DNA of 64,000 nt. It comes from Deltaproteobacteria bacterium. GTDB lineage: Bacteria > Desulfobacterota > Syntrophia > Syntrophales > UBA5619. The position numbers and the translations under genes were made by a program. Shown piece by piece: positions 55,315 to 64,000 of this stretch. The stretch spans positions 2,679-66,678 of the forward strand of contig JAKAFS010000005.1 in the NCBI GenBank assembly GCA_021817825.1, in the 5' to 3' direction. How positions within the stretch are numbered: the stretch's first letter is position 1; every line of letters starts with the position of its first letter. Under the pieces are notes generated by a model that was given only the letters and a program-made list of their open reading frames with translations, was not told where the DNA came from and searched no databases.

Positions 55315-56988
55315 TCAGTTGTGCTCCCGGGTCTTGCGGAATTCGACATCGGGCCACTCTTCCTTGACAAAGCCCAGACGCCATTCGTTGGCGGCCAGGT
55401 AAGTCAGATGGCCGTCGGCATCGAGGGCGAGATTCATCTGGCACTTCTTCTCGAATTCGGAAAGCCGCTTCTTGTCTTCGCAGACGACCCAGCGGGCCGT
55501 GGCGTATTCGACCTGCTCGTAGGAGGCATCGACGCCGTACTCGGTCTTGAGCCGGGCCATGGTCACGTCGAATTGCAGGACGCCGACCGCCCCCAGGATG
55601 TAGTCGTTGCCGAAAAGGGGCCTAAAGACCTGGACCGCCCCCTCTTCGGAAAGCTGGGTCAGCCCCTTCTGGAGCTGCTTGATCTTGAGCGAATTCTTCA
55701 CCCGGACGCGGCGGAAATGCTCGGGGGCGAAGTTGGGAATCCCGGTGAACTGGAGGGGCTCCCCGCCGGTGGTGAAGGTATCGCCGATCTGGATCGTCCC
55801 GTGGTTGTGGATCCCGATGATGTCGCCCGGCCAGGCCTCTTCGACGTTGGTCCGGTCCTGGGCCATGAAGATCGTGGCATTCGATAGGACGATCTCCCGG
55901 CCGATCCGGTGGTGGAAGACCTTCATGCCCCGGGTGAATTTTCCCGAGCAGATCCGGAAAAAAGCGATCCGGTCGCGGTGGGCCAGATCCATGTTCGCCT
56001 GGATCTTGAAGACGAAACCGGAGAAGTTCTCTTCCTGCGGAGAGACCATCCGGGTCGTCGTCGGCCGGGGACCCGGGGCGGGGGCCATCTCGATGAACGC
56101 GTCGAGTAGTTCGCGAACGCCGAAGTTGTTGATGGCGCTTCCGAAAAAGACCGGCGTCTGATTTCCTTTGAGATACTCGGCCAGCGAAAAGGGGCTCGCC
56201 GCCCCGTCGATGAGGGCAATCTCTTCGCGGAGCTGCGCTGCCTGGCTCCCCAGAAGCTCGTCGAGCTTGGGGTCGGCAAGGTCGGTGATGGTGATCCCCT
56301 TTTCCTTGCGGCTGTCCTTGCCGGGGGTGAAGAGGTGAATGGATTTGGTGTAGAGGTTGTAGACCCCTTTAAAATCCTTGCCCATCCCGATGGGCCAGGA
56401 AAGCGGCGTGCACTCGATCTGGAGCTTGTCCTCGATGTTGGAGAGGATCTCCATGGGCGGCAGTCCGTCGCGGTCCAGTTTGTTGATGAAGGTCATGATG
56501 GGCGTGTTGCGCATCCGGCAGACCTCCATGAGCTTCTCGGTCTGGGGCTCGACCCCCTTGCCGCTGTCGATGACCATGAGGGCGCTGTCCACGGCGGTGA
56601 GGACCCGGTAGGTGTCTTCCGAAAAGTCCTGGTGACCGGGGGTGTCCAGGAGGTTGATCTCGAAGGCCCCGTAGTGGAACTTCATCACCGACGTGGTGAC
56701 CGAAATCCCGCGCTCCTTTTCGATCGCCATCCAGTCGCTCGTGGCGTGACGGCCGGCCTTGCGGGCCTTGACGGCGCCGGCGAGCTGGATCGCCCCGCCG
56801 AAGAGGAGGAGCTTTTCGGTCAGCGTCGTCTTGCCGGCATCGGGATGGCTGATGATGCCGAAGGTGCGGCGCTGGGCGATCTCCTGCTGCTGCCGGCGGT
56901 CCGTTCTGCCCGCAAGAGCGGCTTCCGGACTCTTATCTCCTCCGGTGAGGAGGGTCGATTCGTTCAATTTTTCCGTGGCGGTATCCAT
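55315..56988 (-). CDS. prfC: Peptide chain release factor 3
   Basis: GTPase motifs [19 protein letters not shown]. Full-length RF3-like sequence. Start chosen at MDTATEK (56988). Confidence 0.92.
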   Translation of the reverse strand: MDTATEKLNESTLLTGGDKSPEAALAGRTDRRQQQEIAQRRTFGIISHPDAGKTTLTEKLLLFGGAIQLAGAVKARKAGRHATSDWMAIEKERGISVTTSVMKFHYGAFEINLLDTPGHQDFSEDTYRVLTAVDSALMVIDSGKGVEPQTEKLMEVCRMRNTPIMTFINKLDRDGLPPMEILSNIEDKLQIECTPLSWPIGMGKDFKGVYNLYTKSIHLFTPGKDSRKEKGITITDLADPKLDELLGSQAAQLREEIALIDGAASPFSLAEYLKGNQTPVFFGSAINNFGVRELLDAFIEMAPAPGPRPTTTRMVSPQEENFSGFVFKIQANMDLAHRDRIAFFRICSGKFTRGMKVFHHRIGREIVLSNATIFMAQDRTNVEEAWPGDIIGIHNHGTIQIGDTFTTGGEPLQFTGIPNFAPEHFRRVRVKNSLKIKQLQKGLTQLSEEGAVQVFRPLFGNDYILGAVGVLQFDVTMARLKTEYGVDASYEQVEYATARWVVCEDKKRLSEFEKKCQMNLALDADGHLTYLAANEWRLGFVKEEWPDVEFRKTREHN

Positions 56989-57098
56989 AAATGTTCCTAT
57001 CCCTGCCCAAGGGCCCTCGGCCCCGGCATGCACTGAAAAAAAATCCCCAACAGCCTTCGGGCTCTGGGGACTCCGTACTCTGTAAGATGGGCGGCTTC

Positions 57099-58055
57099 TT
57101 ATCCCACTTGTCGATTTTTGTCAAGAAAAATCACGCCCATGCAGGAACCGCCCGGCGCAGAACCTGCCCGTGGAGGATGCGGATCCCGTGATTTTACGGC
57201 AAAGTGACACCCCACCCGCCAGCAGATCTCGCAGTCGAGCAGGTTGAGCTCCGGAAGCCGGGTCCCCTTGACTGAACGACAGATCTCAAAGGCCTTTTCA
57301 ACTTGTTCGTCGGCTCCATTGATCGCCAGGACAATGGAGCCTTCGGCGCCTCCCAGTCCTCCGGCGGCAACCGGCGTGACCTCGGCCCCGCTGAGGAGGG
57401 TGAGCGCATCCACCTCGTCGATTTTCCGCCCCGGAACCGGGATCAGACCGCAGGGCAGCCCCATGGCCCGGTCGATCTTTCCGAAGGAGACCTTCTGCGC
57501 CGCCGTGGCGACCGGCACGGGGATCAGTTTCTCCAGGCCGATGGGCAAGAGCAGCTGGAAACCGATCCGCCGCTGTGCGACGATCACCTTGCCGATCGTG
57601 CCTCCGCCGCCGGCGGGATTGCCGAAAAGGACCGCCACGTTCCCGGCCGGGTCCACCGCATTGGCCCCTTTGATGTAGAAGTCCCTTTCCGTCATCTGAT
57701 CGATGATCTCGCCGAGGGCGGTGCTTTCCTGAAGGCATCCCTTCTTGAAGAACCAGTTGGTGCGGAGCGAAAGCGGGTCACGGGGCCCCGAACCCGGGGC
57801 TGCGTGCCTTATCCGTCCCTCCAGGGACTCCTTCGATACGCAAAGCCCTCGCGGCGTCACCACCCCTGAAACCCAGGTCCCTTCTACCCGCTGGCCGGTC
57901 AGCGCCTCGTAGAGGAAATAGGTGTTGCTGGAGGGGTGGATCGCAACGATCCCGTCCCGCCAAGCCTCCTGAAACCCCGGGAAGGCAAGAATGGCTTGGG
58001 AAATCAATTTCTTGGACTCTGTCGGCGTAAGGGTGGCCAAGGCCTTCATAAACAC
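57099..58055 (-). CDS. Conserved-looking hypothetical protein (318 aa)
   Basis: Long ORF with coding-like composition and a Gly-rich segment ([12 protein letters not shown]). I recognise no family. Confidence 0.55.
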   Translation of the reverse strand: MFMKALATLTPTESKKLISQAILAFPGFQEAWRDGIVAIHPSSNTYFLYEALTGQRVEGTWVSGVVTPRGLCVSKESLEGRIRHAAPGSGPRDPLSLRTNWFFKKGCLQESTALGEIIDQMTERDFYIKGANAVDPAGNVAVLFGNPAGGGGTIGKVIVAQRRIGFQLLLPIGLEKLIPVPVATAAQKVSFGKIDRAMGLPCGLIPVPGRKIDEVDALTLLSGAEVTPVAAGGLGGAEGSIVLAINGADEQVEKAFEICRSVKGTRLPELNLLDCEICWRVGCHFAVKSRDPHPPRAGSAPGGSCMGVIFLDKNRQVG

Positions 58056-58069
58056 TTCCTTTCAAAAAA

Positions 58070-58483
58070 TTACAACATCCTGACTTCACAGGAGATAGGG
58101 GCCACGCGGTGGATCAGGGCGGCGATGCTGCAGGTCTTGTGCAGCGCCACGTCGATGGCCTCCCGGACATCCCGTTCGGTCACGCCGCGTCCCTTGACGG
58201 AGAACTGGAGCGTGATTTGGGTGAACCACTTGGGGTCTTCGCCGGCGCGCTCGCCGTCGGTCTCCACGGTGAGGTCCTCGATCTGCTTGCCGGCCTTGAG
58301 AAGCGCTTCCCGGCTGTGGATGCCCATGCAGCCGGCAATGGAGTACATGAGGAGTTCCGGCGGCCTGAACCCCCGCCCCTTCCCTCCGACATGGGCCGCG
58401 GCATCGATGGGCAGCTCGCCCGGGTACTCAGCCCCGCTGCCGATGAAGTGGAAACCGTCTTTTTGGGTGACTTTGACCTTCAT
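58070..58483 (-). CDS. OsmC/Ohr-family protein
   Basis: About 137 aa with conserved Cys residues (IAGCMG ... HKTCS). ATG at 58483 follows AGGAGG. Confidence 0.85.
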   Translation of the reverse strand: MKVKVTQKDGFHFIGSGAEYPGELPIDAAAHVGGKGRGFRPPELLMYSIAGCMGIHSREALLKAGKQIEDLTVETDGERAGEDPKWFTQITLQFSVKGRGVTERDVREAIDVALHKTCSIAALIHRVAPISCEVRML

Positions 58484-58550
58484 GAAACCGACCTCCTGTG
58501 AATAAGATGGCCCGGCGTTCGCGGTTCCTTCCCGTGCGCTGCCGGCTCGC

Positions 58551-59462
58551 CTAGTTGGCAAACGAGACTCCCGGCTTGACCGTGCGGAGAAAGGCCTGGA
58601 CGGCCGGTGAAAGGTACTTTCTCTTTCTTAACAGCAGGCCGACCTTGCGCTTGGGAAAGTACCGGTCGAGCGAAAGGACCTCCATGGTCTTTTCATCCTC
58701 GGGAGTGATGGAATAGTCGCTCGCCAGGGCGACCCCCAGCCCCATCGCCACATACTTCTTTACGGAGATGAAATTGTTCTGAGTCATGACGACATTGGGC
58801 GAGAGCCCCTCCTTGGCGAAGCTCTTTTCGATGAACGGCTCGATACGCCCGGTCTGGGAAAAGAGGATGAGGGGGGCCGCCGCGATCTGCGCGAGGGTGG
58901 GTTTTTTCCCTGAAAAGAAATGATGGCCCTTGGGGGCGATGAGTTTCTGGCCGGTCTCGAACAGGTCGTGGCAGATCACCGACCCGGGCGCCAGGTTCGT
59001 GAAGGCGATGCCGAAGTCCGCCTCACCCGACTCGATTCGGGCGAGGGCCCGCTCGAACACGCCGCCCAGCATGGAAAAGCTCACATGGGGATGGGTCTGC
59101 ATGAAATTGACGACATAGGGGGGCAAAAAGGAGTCGATGATCGCGTGGCTCGTGGCCACGACGATGTTGCCTCGGTATTCGAGGAAATCCTTCTTGAACT
59201 CCGAGCGGATGCCCTGGACGTCCTCGAAGAGCGCCACCGCTTTTTCGAAGAGGATTTTCCCCTCCGGCGTCAGCTTCATCCCCCCGGAGAAGCGATCGAA
59301 CAGGGTTACCCCCAATTCTTTTTCCAGACTTTTGATCTGCCGGGTGATGGTCGGCTGTTCACGCCCCATGGCGCCCGTGGCCTGGGTCACCCCCCCTTTT
59401 TCGGCCACGGCATAGAAGCCCCTCAGCCACTGTAGCAAATCCCCGGGTATCTCTTCAATCAT
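58551..59462 (-). CDS. LysR-family transcriptional regulator
   Basis: N-terminal wHTH (FYAVAEKGGVTQATGAMGREQPTITRQIKSLEKELGVTLF) plus a LysR substrate-binding domain. Confidence 0.9.
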   Translation of the reverse strand: MIEEIPGDLLQWLRGFYAVAEKGGVTQATGAMGREQPTITRQIKSLEKELGVTLFDRFSGGMKLTPEGKILFEKAVALFEDVQGIRSEFKKDFLEYRGNIVVATSHAIIDSFLPPYVVNFMQTHPHVSFSMLGGVFERALARIESGEADFGIAFTNLAPGSVICHDLFETGQKLIAPKGHHFFSGKKPTLAQIAAAPLILFSQTGRIEPFIEKSFAKEGLSPNVVMTQNNFISVKKYVAMGLGVALASDYSITPEDEKTMEVLSLDRYFPKRKVGLLLRKRKYLSPAVQAFLRTVKPGVSFAN

Positions 59463-59510
59463 CGTCGCTTCCTCGGACCGACGGGGCAAGCGGTCCCCAT
59501 CACTATCACT

Positions 59511-59537
59511 GCTCCCATACGCTCAGCGTATGGGAGC
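59511..59537. promoter_or_regulatory. Palindrome GCTCCCATACGC-tca-GCGTATGGGAGC containing a T-N11-A LTTR-box; candidate LysR operator
   Basis: Perfect 12-bp arms in the divergent region between the LysR gene and the deacetylase/Tct genes. Confidence 0.45.
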
Positions 59538-59651
59538 ATTAAAACGACTCATTGGACGCCCCATCCCCAATGGTGTTTATGATTCTCCCACAAGGACGGA
59601 TGTACGATTTTCGATTGGCAGCGAATCACTATTTACATAGGGGGAACGAAA

Positions 59652-60605
59652 ATGACAACTGTAAAAATGGCATCGACGATCGAAGATTATGACTATGTAT
59701 TTCCCTATAAAAAGATTAAGATCCCCTTCCGGGAGCGGAAAGAGCGGGTCCGATGGCCCGACAACAAGCTCATCGCCGTCAAGTTGTGCATCCCGCAGGA
59801 ATGGTGGGGCAGGATCTATCAGCCCAAGGTCTACCATGCCTCGGGGGCCGCGGAGGCCGAGCACGTCATGGACGTTTCCTACCTCTCCGAGGGGCAGGAC
59901 TACTATTTCGACATCAGCGTCTGGCGGATCCTGGACCTCCTGGACCGCCACGGCCTCAAGGGGTCCTTCATGTGCAGCGGCGGCGGCGCCCAGCATAGGC
60001 CCGAGGTGATCCGCGCGATCTACGAAAAGGGCCACGAGATCGCCGGCCACAGCTACTACCAGAGTCGCGGCGCCGCCCGGATGACCGAGGCGGAGGAAAT
60101 CGAAGACATCGTCAAGACCACGGACATCCTGACCAAGGTTTGCGGCGAGCGGCCCCTGGGCTGGGACTGCACCGGGGTCGGAGCCCACGAGCGATCCTTT
60201 AGGCTCCTGGCCGAGCACGGCTACACCTGGAACGGCGACCTGCGCGACGACGATTTGCCCTACGGGATCGTCGTCGGCGACAAGGTCCTGGTGGAGATTC
60301 CGCATCGCAGCCGGACCACCGGGGACTACAGCTGGTTCAACCATGGGCTCATGGGCGAGATGCGGGCGCAGCGGAGCGACAAGGAAGCGTACAGCTTCTT
60401 TCGGGATACCTTCGACGCCTTTTACGAGACGGCGCTCAGGGAAGGCCCCCAACTGATTACCCTGGTGATCCATTCCTACACCTCCTGCACGCCGGAGCGG
60501 GTCGGGATGGTGGACCGGGCCCTGGCCTACATGAAGGGCTGTCCCGAGGTCTGGTTTCCGACCTATATCGAACTGGCCCGTTACTGGAAGGAGAACTATC
60601 TATAA
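59652..60605 (+). CDS. Polysaccharide deacetylase-family (carbohydrate esterase 4 / PuuE-like) protein
   Basis: 317 aa with a NodB-like core (EIAGHSYYQ..., WNGDLRDDDLPY). The specific substrate is unknown. Confidence 0.75.
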   Translation: MTTVKMASTIEDYDYVFPYKKIKIPFRERKERVRWPDNKLIAVKLCIPQEWWGRIYQPKVYHASGAAEAEHVMDVSYLSEGQDYYFDISVWRILDLLDRHGLKGSFMCSGGGAQHRPEVIRAIYEKGHEIAGHSYYQSRGAARMTEAEEIEDIVKTTDILTKVCGERPLGWDCTGVGAHERSFRLLAEHGYTWNGDLRDDDLPYGIVVGDKVLVEIPHRSRTTGDYSWFNHGLMGEMRAQRSDKEAYSFFRDTFDAFYETALREGPQLITLVIHSYTSCTPERVGMVDRALAYMKGCPEVWFPTYIELARYWKENYL

Positions 60606-60758
60606 TCGACATATAAGGAGGGCATCGATCCTGCGCCGGTCCAGGGGGGCCGGCGCGGGATTCGCACCGCGAAAGGGGCAGCCGCCCCCGGAGAGTGGGG
60701 AATAAGTCACAACCCCCGGCGAGATGAAACCACAAAGAACCAAAAGGAGGGTAATCGT

Positions 60759-61739
60759 ATGCGTAAGCGGATAACCATTCTGGTCCTGGCGTTGTTCATC
60801 ATGGGTGCTTGTCTGGTTCAGCCCCTATCGGCAGCGGCCGTCTATCCCACCAAGCCGATCGAGGTGATCGTTCCCTTTACCGCCGGCGGCACCAACGATC
60901 TGATGGCCCGGCTCGTCGCGGAAGTCTCGAAGAAGTATCTCGGCCAGCCCATGGTCATCATCAACAAACCCGGGGCCGGCGGCACCATCGGCGTCGCCGA
61001 GACGGTCAAGGCGCCCGCCGACGGTTACAAACTGGTCTCCGTCCCCAGCAACTACTTCTCCACCACCGTCTACACCCAGAAGATCCCCTTCGAACCCACC
61101 GATCTGGTTCCCATCGCCAACTTCATGGCCTACCGCAACGGCCTGATCGTCAAGGGGAACGCCCCCTACAAGACCCTGAACGATCTGCTCGACTATGGAA
61201 AGAAAAATCCCGGGAAGATCCGCTGGGCCCACATGAACCGCGGCAGCGCCCTCTTCATGCAGACCTATCTGGTCTTCAAGAAGGCCGGGGTCCAGGCCGT
61301 CGATGTCCCCTATCCGGGTCTTCCCGACTGTCTCAACGCGGTCCTGGGCGGCCATGTCGATGCGGCGCCGATCTCCTTCGGGGGGTCCCGGGAGCACACC
61401 AAGGCCGGCAATGTTCGCTATCTGGCCGTCTACAGGGACCAGCGGTTCCCAGAGTTTCCCAATGTCCCGACGGCCAAGGAACTCGGCTTTGTCGAGGCAA
61501 CGAAGTTCACGACCCTGCTCGGCTTCTACGCCCACAAGAACGTTCCTGAGGACGTGAAGAAGACCCTCTTTGAGGCTTTCAAGAAGACTTTCGATGATCC
61601 CGCCTTCAAGAAGGCCTTCGATGCCTTTGGGGAGGACGATGTATTCACGGGGCCCGAGAAGGTCACGGCCCATATCAAGGAAGAAGCCAGCTTTACGGTC
61701 CCGCTGCTCAAGGAGTGGGGCCTCTACCAGGGCAAGTAA
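60759..61739 (+). CDS. tctC: Tripartite tricarboxylate transporter substrate-binding protein (TctC/Bug family)
   Basis: Signal peptide, then YPTKPIEVIVPFTAGGTNDLMAR, which is typical of Bug/TctC. Confidence 0.9.
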   Translation: MRKRITILVLALFIMGACLVQPLSAAAVYPTKPIEVIVPFTAGGTNDLMARLVAEVSKKYLGQPMVIINKPGAGGTIGVAETVKAPADGYKLVSVPSNYFSTTVYTQKIPFEPTDLVPIANFMAYRNGLIVKGNAPYKTLNDLLDYGKKNPGKIRWAHMNRGSALFMQTYLVFKKAGVQAVDVPYPGLPDCLNAVLGGHVDAAPISFGGSREHTKAGNVRYLAVYRDQRFPEFPNVPTAKELGFVEATKFTTLLGFYAHKNVPEDVKKTLFEAFKKTFDDPAFKKAFDAFGEDDVFTGPEKVTAHIKEEASFTVPLLKEWGLYQGK

Positions 61740-61751
61740 GGACGGTTTGTC

Positions 61752-62210
61752 ATGAACCTGCGTGACCAATGGAGCGGTCTGTTCTGGCTGATCTTTGCCG
61801 GCCTGGTCGGCACGGCCTCCTATCGCATGGGTATCGGGACGTTTCAGGTGCCGGGTCCGGGACTGCTTCCCTTGCTGGCGGCGGGAGCGGTGGGGTTGCT
61901 GGCCCTTCTCCTGGCGGTCAAGGGAACGTTGAGGAAGGAAGAGGGCGGGAAGATCGGTGAACTCTGGACGGGGGCGACCTGGACAAAGGTCGCCCTCGTC
62001 TCCGCCGCCCTGCTGGTCTATGCCCTGGTCCTGACCCGTCTGGGATTCCTCATGGCGACCTTCGGGTTGATGACCCTTCTGTTCAGCATCCTGGGACGCG
62101 CGCGATGGTGGATCCGGGTGAGCGTCGCTCTCGTCACGGTCCTGGTCGCCTACGCCGTTTTCCGGGTATGGCTGGATGTTGCACTGCCGAAGGGACTGCT
62201 GGGTTTGTAG
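61752..62210 (+). CDS. tctB: Tripartite tricarboxylate transporter small membrane subunit (TctB family)
   Basis: 152 aa with four TM helices. It is positioned between tctC and tctA. Confidence 0.8.
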   Translation: MNLRDQWSGLFWLIFAGLVGTASYRMGIGTFQVPGPGLLPLLAAGAVGLLALLLAVKGTLRKEEGGKIGELWTGATWTKVALVSAALLVYALVLTRLGFLMATFGLMTLLFSILGRARWWIRVSVALVTVLVAYAVFRVWLDVALPKGLLGL

Positions 62211-62234
62211 GTTTTACACGCGAGGGGGCGGGCC

Positions 62235-63725
62235 ATGGATGTCATTCACAACCTCTTCTACGGATTCTCGATCGGGCTCCAGCCGGTCAATCTCCTGTTC
62301 TGCTTTCTCGGGGTGCTCATGGGAACCCTGGTGGGGGTCCTCCCCGGCCTGGGACCCATGGGGGCGATCGCCATCCTTCTGCCCGCCACGTTCCATATGT
62401 CCCCCGTGACCGCCATGATCATGCTGGCAGGCATCTATTACGGTTCGATGTACGGGGGCTCCACCACCTCGATCCTGGTCAACATTCCGGGAGAGGCCGC
62501 CTCGGTCGTGACCTGTCTCGACGGCCACGAGATGGCCAAGCAAGGCCGGGCGGGGGCGGCGCTGGGGATGGCGGCTTTCGGCTCCTTCATCGCCGGGACG
62601 ATGGGGCTCATCGGACTCATGCTCTTTGCCGCGCCTTTATCCCGCTTCGGGCTGAAATTCGGACCTCCCGAGTATTTCGGGGTGATCCTCCTGGGGCTGA
62701 TCCTCGTCGTTTACCTCTCCCATGCTTCGATTCTCCGCTCCCTGATCATGGCGGGGGTCGGCCTCATTCTCAGCTGCGTCGGGATGGACAAGATTTCCGG
62801 ATCGCCCCGGATGACCTTCGATATGCTCGAGTTGTGGAACGGGATCGACATGGTTTCCCTGGGGATGGGCCTCTTCGGGATTTCGGAGATTCTGATCACC
62901 CTGGAGGAGTCCGCCAATCCCGAGATCCTCAAGGCCAAGATCAAGAACCTGCTGCCGACGTTCGCCGATTGGCGGCAAGCCAGAGGGCCGATCTTCAGGG
63001 GCTCCCTGCTTGGCTTTTTCCTGGGCATCCTGCCGGGCGGCGGGGCGGTGATCGCCTCCTTTCTCTCTTACGGGGTCGAAAAGCGGCTCTCCCAGACCCC
63101 GGAGCGGTTCGGAAAGGGGGCGATCGAGGGGCTGGCGGGGCCCGAGGCGGCCAACAATGCGGCCACCTCCGGGGCCTTTGTTCCCTTTTTGACCCTGGGC
63201 ATTCCCCCCAATGTGGTCATGGCGCTCTTCTTCGGAGCTCTGGTCATTCACGGGATCCGGCCCGGCCCTTTTCTGATCAACAGCCATCCCGATCTGTTCT
63301 GGGGATTGATCAGCAGCATGTACATCGGCAACGTCATGCTCCTGGTCCTGAACCTGCCCCTGATCCCCCTCTGGGTGCAGGTGCTCAAGATCCCCTACCG
63401 GATCCTCTTTCCGCTGATCCTGCTTTTGTGCATCATCGGCGCCTACAGCGTCAACAACAGCGCCTTCGATGTCCTGGTCATGGTGATCTTCGGGATCGTC
63501 GGTTATCTGTTCAGGAAATTCGGGTACGAATGCGCGCCTCTGATCCTGGCCTTCGTCCTGGGGCCTTTGCTGGAACTGAATTTCCGTCAATCGCTCCTCA
63601 GCTCCCAGGGGAGCTTTGCGATCTTCTTCACCCGGCCCATTGCCGCGACGGCGATCCTGTTGGCCGGTCTGCTCTTTACGACCTCCTTCATCCCTCACTT
63701 CAGAAAGGGAAAGGACAAAGCATAG
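62235..63725 (+). CDS. tctA: Tripartite tricarboxylate transporter large permease (TctA family)
   Basis: 496-aa polytopic protein. Motifs GVLPGLGP, IPGEAASVVT, LPGGGAVIASF. Confidence 0.92.
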   Translation: MDVIHNLFYGFSIGLQPVNLLFCFLGVLMGTLVGVLPGLGPMGAIAILLPATFHMSPVTAMIMLAGIYYGSMYGGSTTSILVNIPGEAASVVTCLDGHEMAKQGRAGAALGMAAFGSFIAGTMGLIGLMLFAAPLSRFGLKFGPPEYFGVILLGLILVVYLSHASILRSLIMAGVGLILSCVGMDKISGSPRMTFDMLELWNGIDMVSLGMGLFGISEILITLEESANPEILKAKIKNLLPTFADWRQARGPIFRGSLLGFFLGILPGGGAVIASFLSYGVEKRLSQTPERFGKGAIEGLAGPEAANNAATSGAFVPFLTLGIPPNVVMALFFGALVIHGIRPGPFLINSHPDLFWGLISSMYIGNVMLLVLNLPLIPLWVQVLKIPYRILFPLILLLCIIGAYSVNNSAFDVLVMVIFGIVGYLFRKFGYECAPLILAFVLGPLLELNFRQSLLSSQGSFAIFFTRPIAATAILLAGLLFTTSFIPHFRKGKDKA

Positions 63726-63796
63726 ACCCATCCCTTTGCGGATCGCAAGGGGCGTAAAGAAATGAAATAAACCCTATCGGAGGTGCAAGTCCAATC

Positions 63797-64000
63797 ATGT
63801 CGATCCTGGTTATCGGAGGGATGGGGAGCATCGGGTCGTTCGTCACCCGGCGGCTCATCGAAAAGGGGCTGGAGCCGGTGGTCTATGCCCGCCACAAGAA
63901 CCTGCTCTTCTTGAGCGACATCGCCGACAAGGTGGCCTTCGTCGAAGGCGATATCATGAATGTCGACCACCTGGCGAAGACGATCAAGGAATACAAGGTG
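63797..64000 (+). CDS. NAD-dependent epimerase/dehydratase-family protein (3' end truncated by window edge)
   Basis: MSILVIGGMGSIGSFVTRRL is a Rossmann GxxGxxG motif. The ORF runs off the window. Confidence 0.7.
   Translation, partial: MSILVIGGMGSIGSFVTRRLIEKGLEPVVYARHKNLLFLSDIADKVAFVEGDIMNVDHLAKTIKEYKV

Overview
This is a GC-rich (roughly 60% by eye), densely coding bacterial chromosomal segment with about 70 genes. I saw no rRNA, tRNA, CRISPR array, transposase or integrase. Gene content (radical-SAM KamA, BcrA/HgdC-type activase, sigma-54 regulators, CcdA/TlpA redox modules) suggests a Deltaproteobacteria/Desulfobacterota-like organism, but that assignment is inference only.

Genes in order:
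- Sugar-modification genes (WbqC, LmbE/PIG-L, DegT, GT4) and the glyoxalase I/II pair.
- An AI-2E transporter and the DUF47-PiT phosphate pair.
- A minus-strand operon: KamA, two Ddl-like ATP-grasp ligases, a DUF486 membrane protein and a GNAT.
- mutM, gmd-fcl, and a CcdA/TlpA pair.
- pfk, an SDR, an orphan activase and an MBL hydrolase.
- A Slam/DUF560-like outer-membrane protein followed by a 918-aa FecR-domain protein carrying two TbpB-like lobes.
- A periplasmic thioredoxin/peroxiredoxin/CcdA-Trx operon.
- A phosphoribosyltransferase-hydrolase pair, an orphan NodT outer-membrane factor, MarC and transaldolase.
- A large cbb3 oxidase cluster: ccoN, fused ccoO-P, ccoS-like, cupredoxin-like, Tat metallophosphoesterase, cytochromes, FixH, DsbD_2, ccoI.
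- A two-component / sigma-54 cluster, prfC, OsmC, and LysR with a deacetylase and TctCBA.

Most interesting observations:
1. The Slam-like translocon paired with the FecR/TbpB-like cargo.
2. The beta-lysine-type ATP-grasp/GNAT operon.
3. An in-frame TGA that separates the signal peptide from the haem domain of a cytochrome P460 gene.
4. A recurring AATGGTAG-N7-CTACCAWT palindrome in four intergenic regions.

All family calls come from motif recognition by eye. No database search was run.
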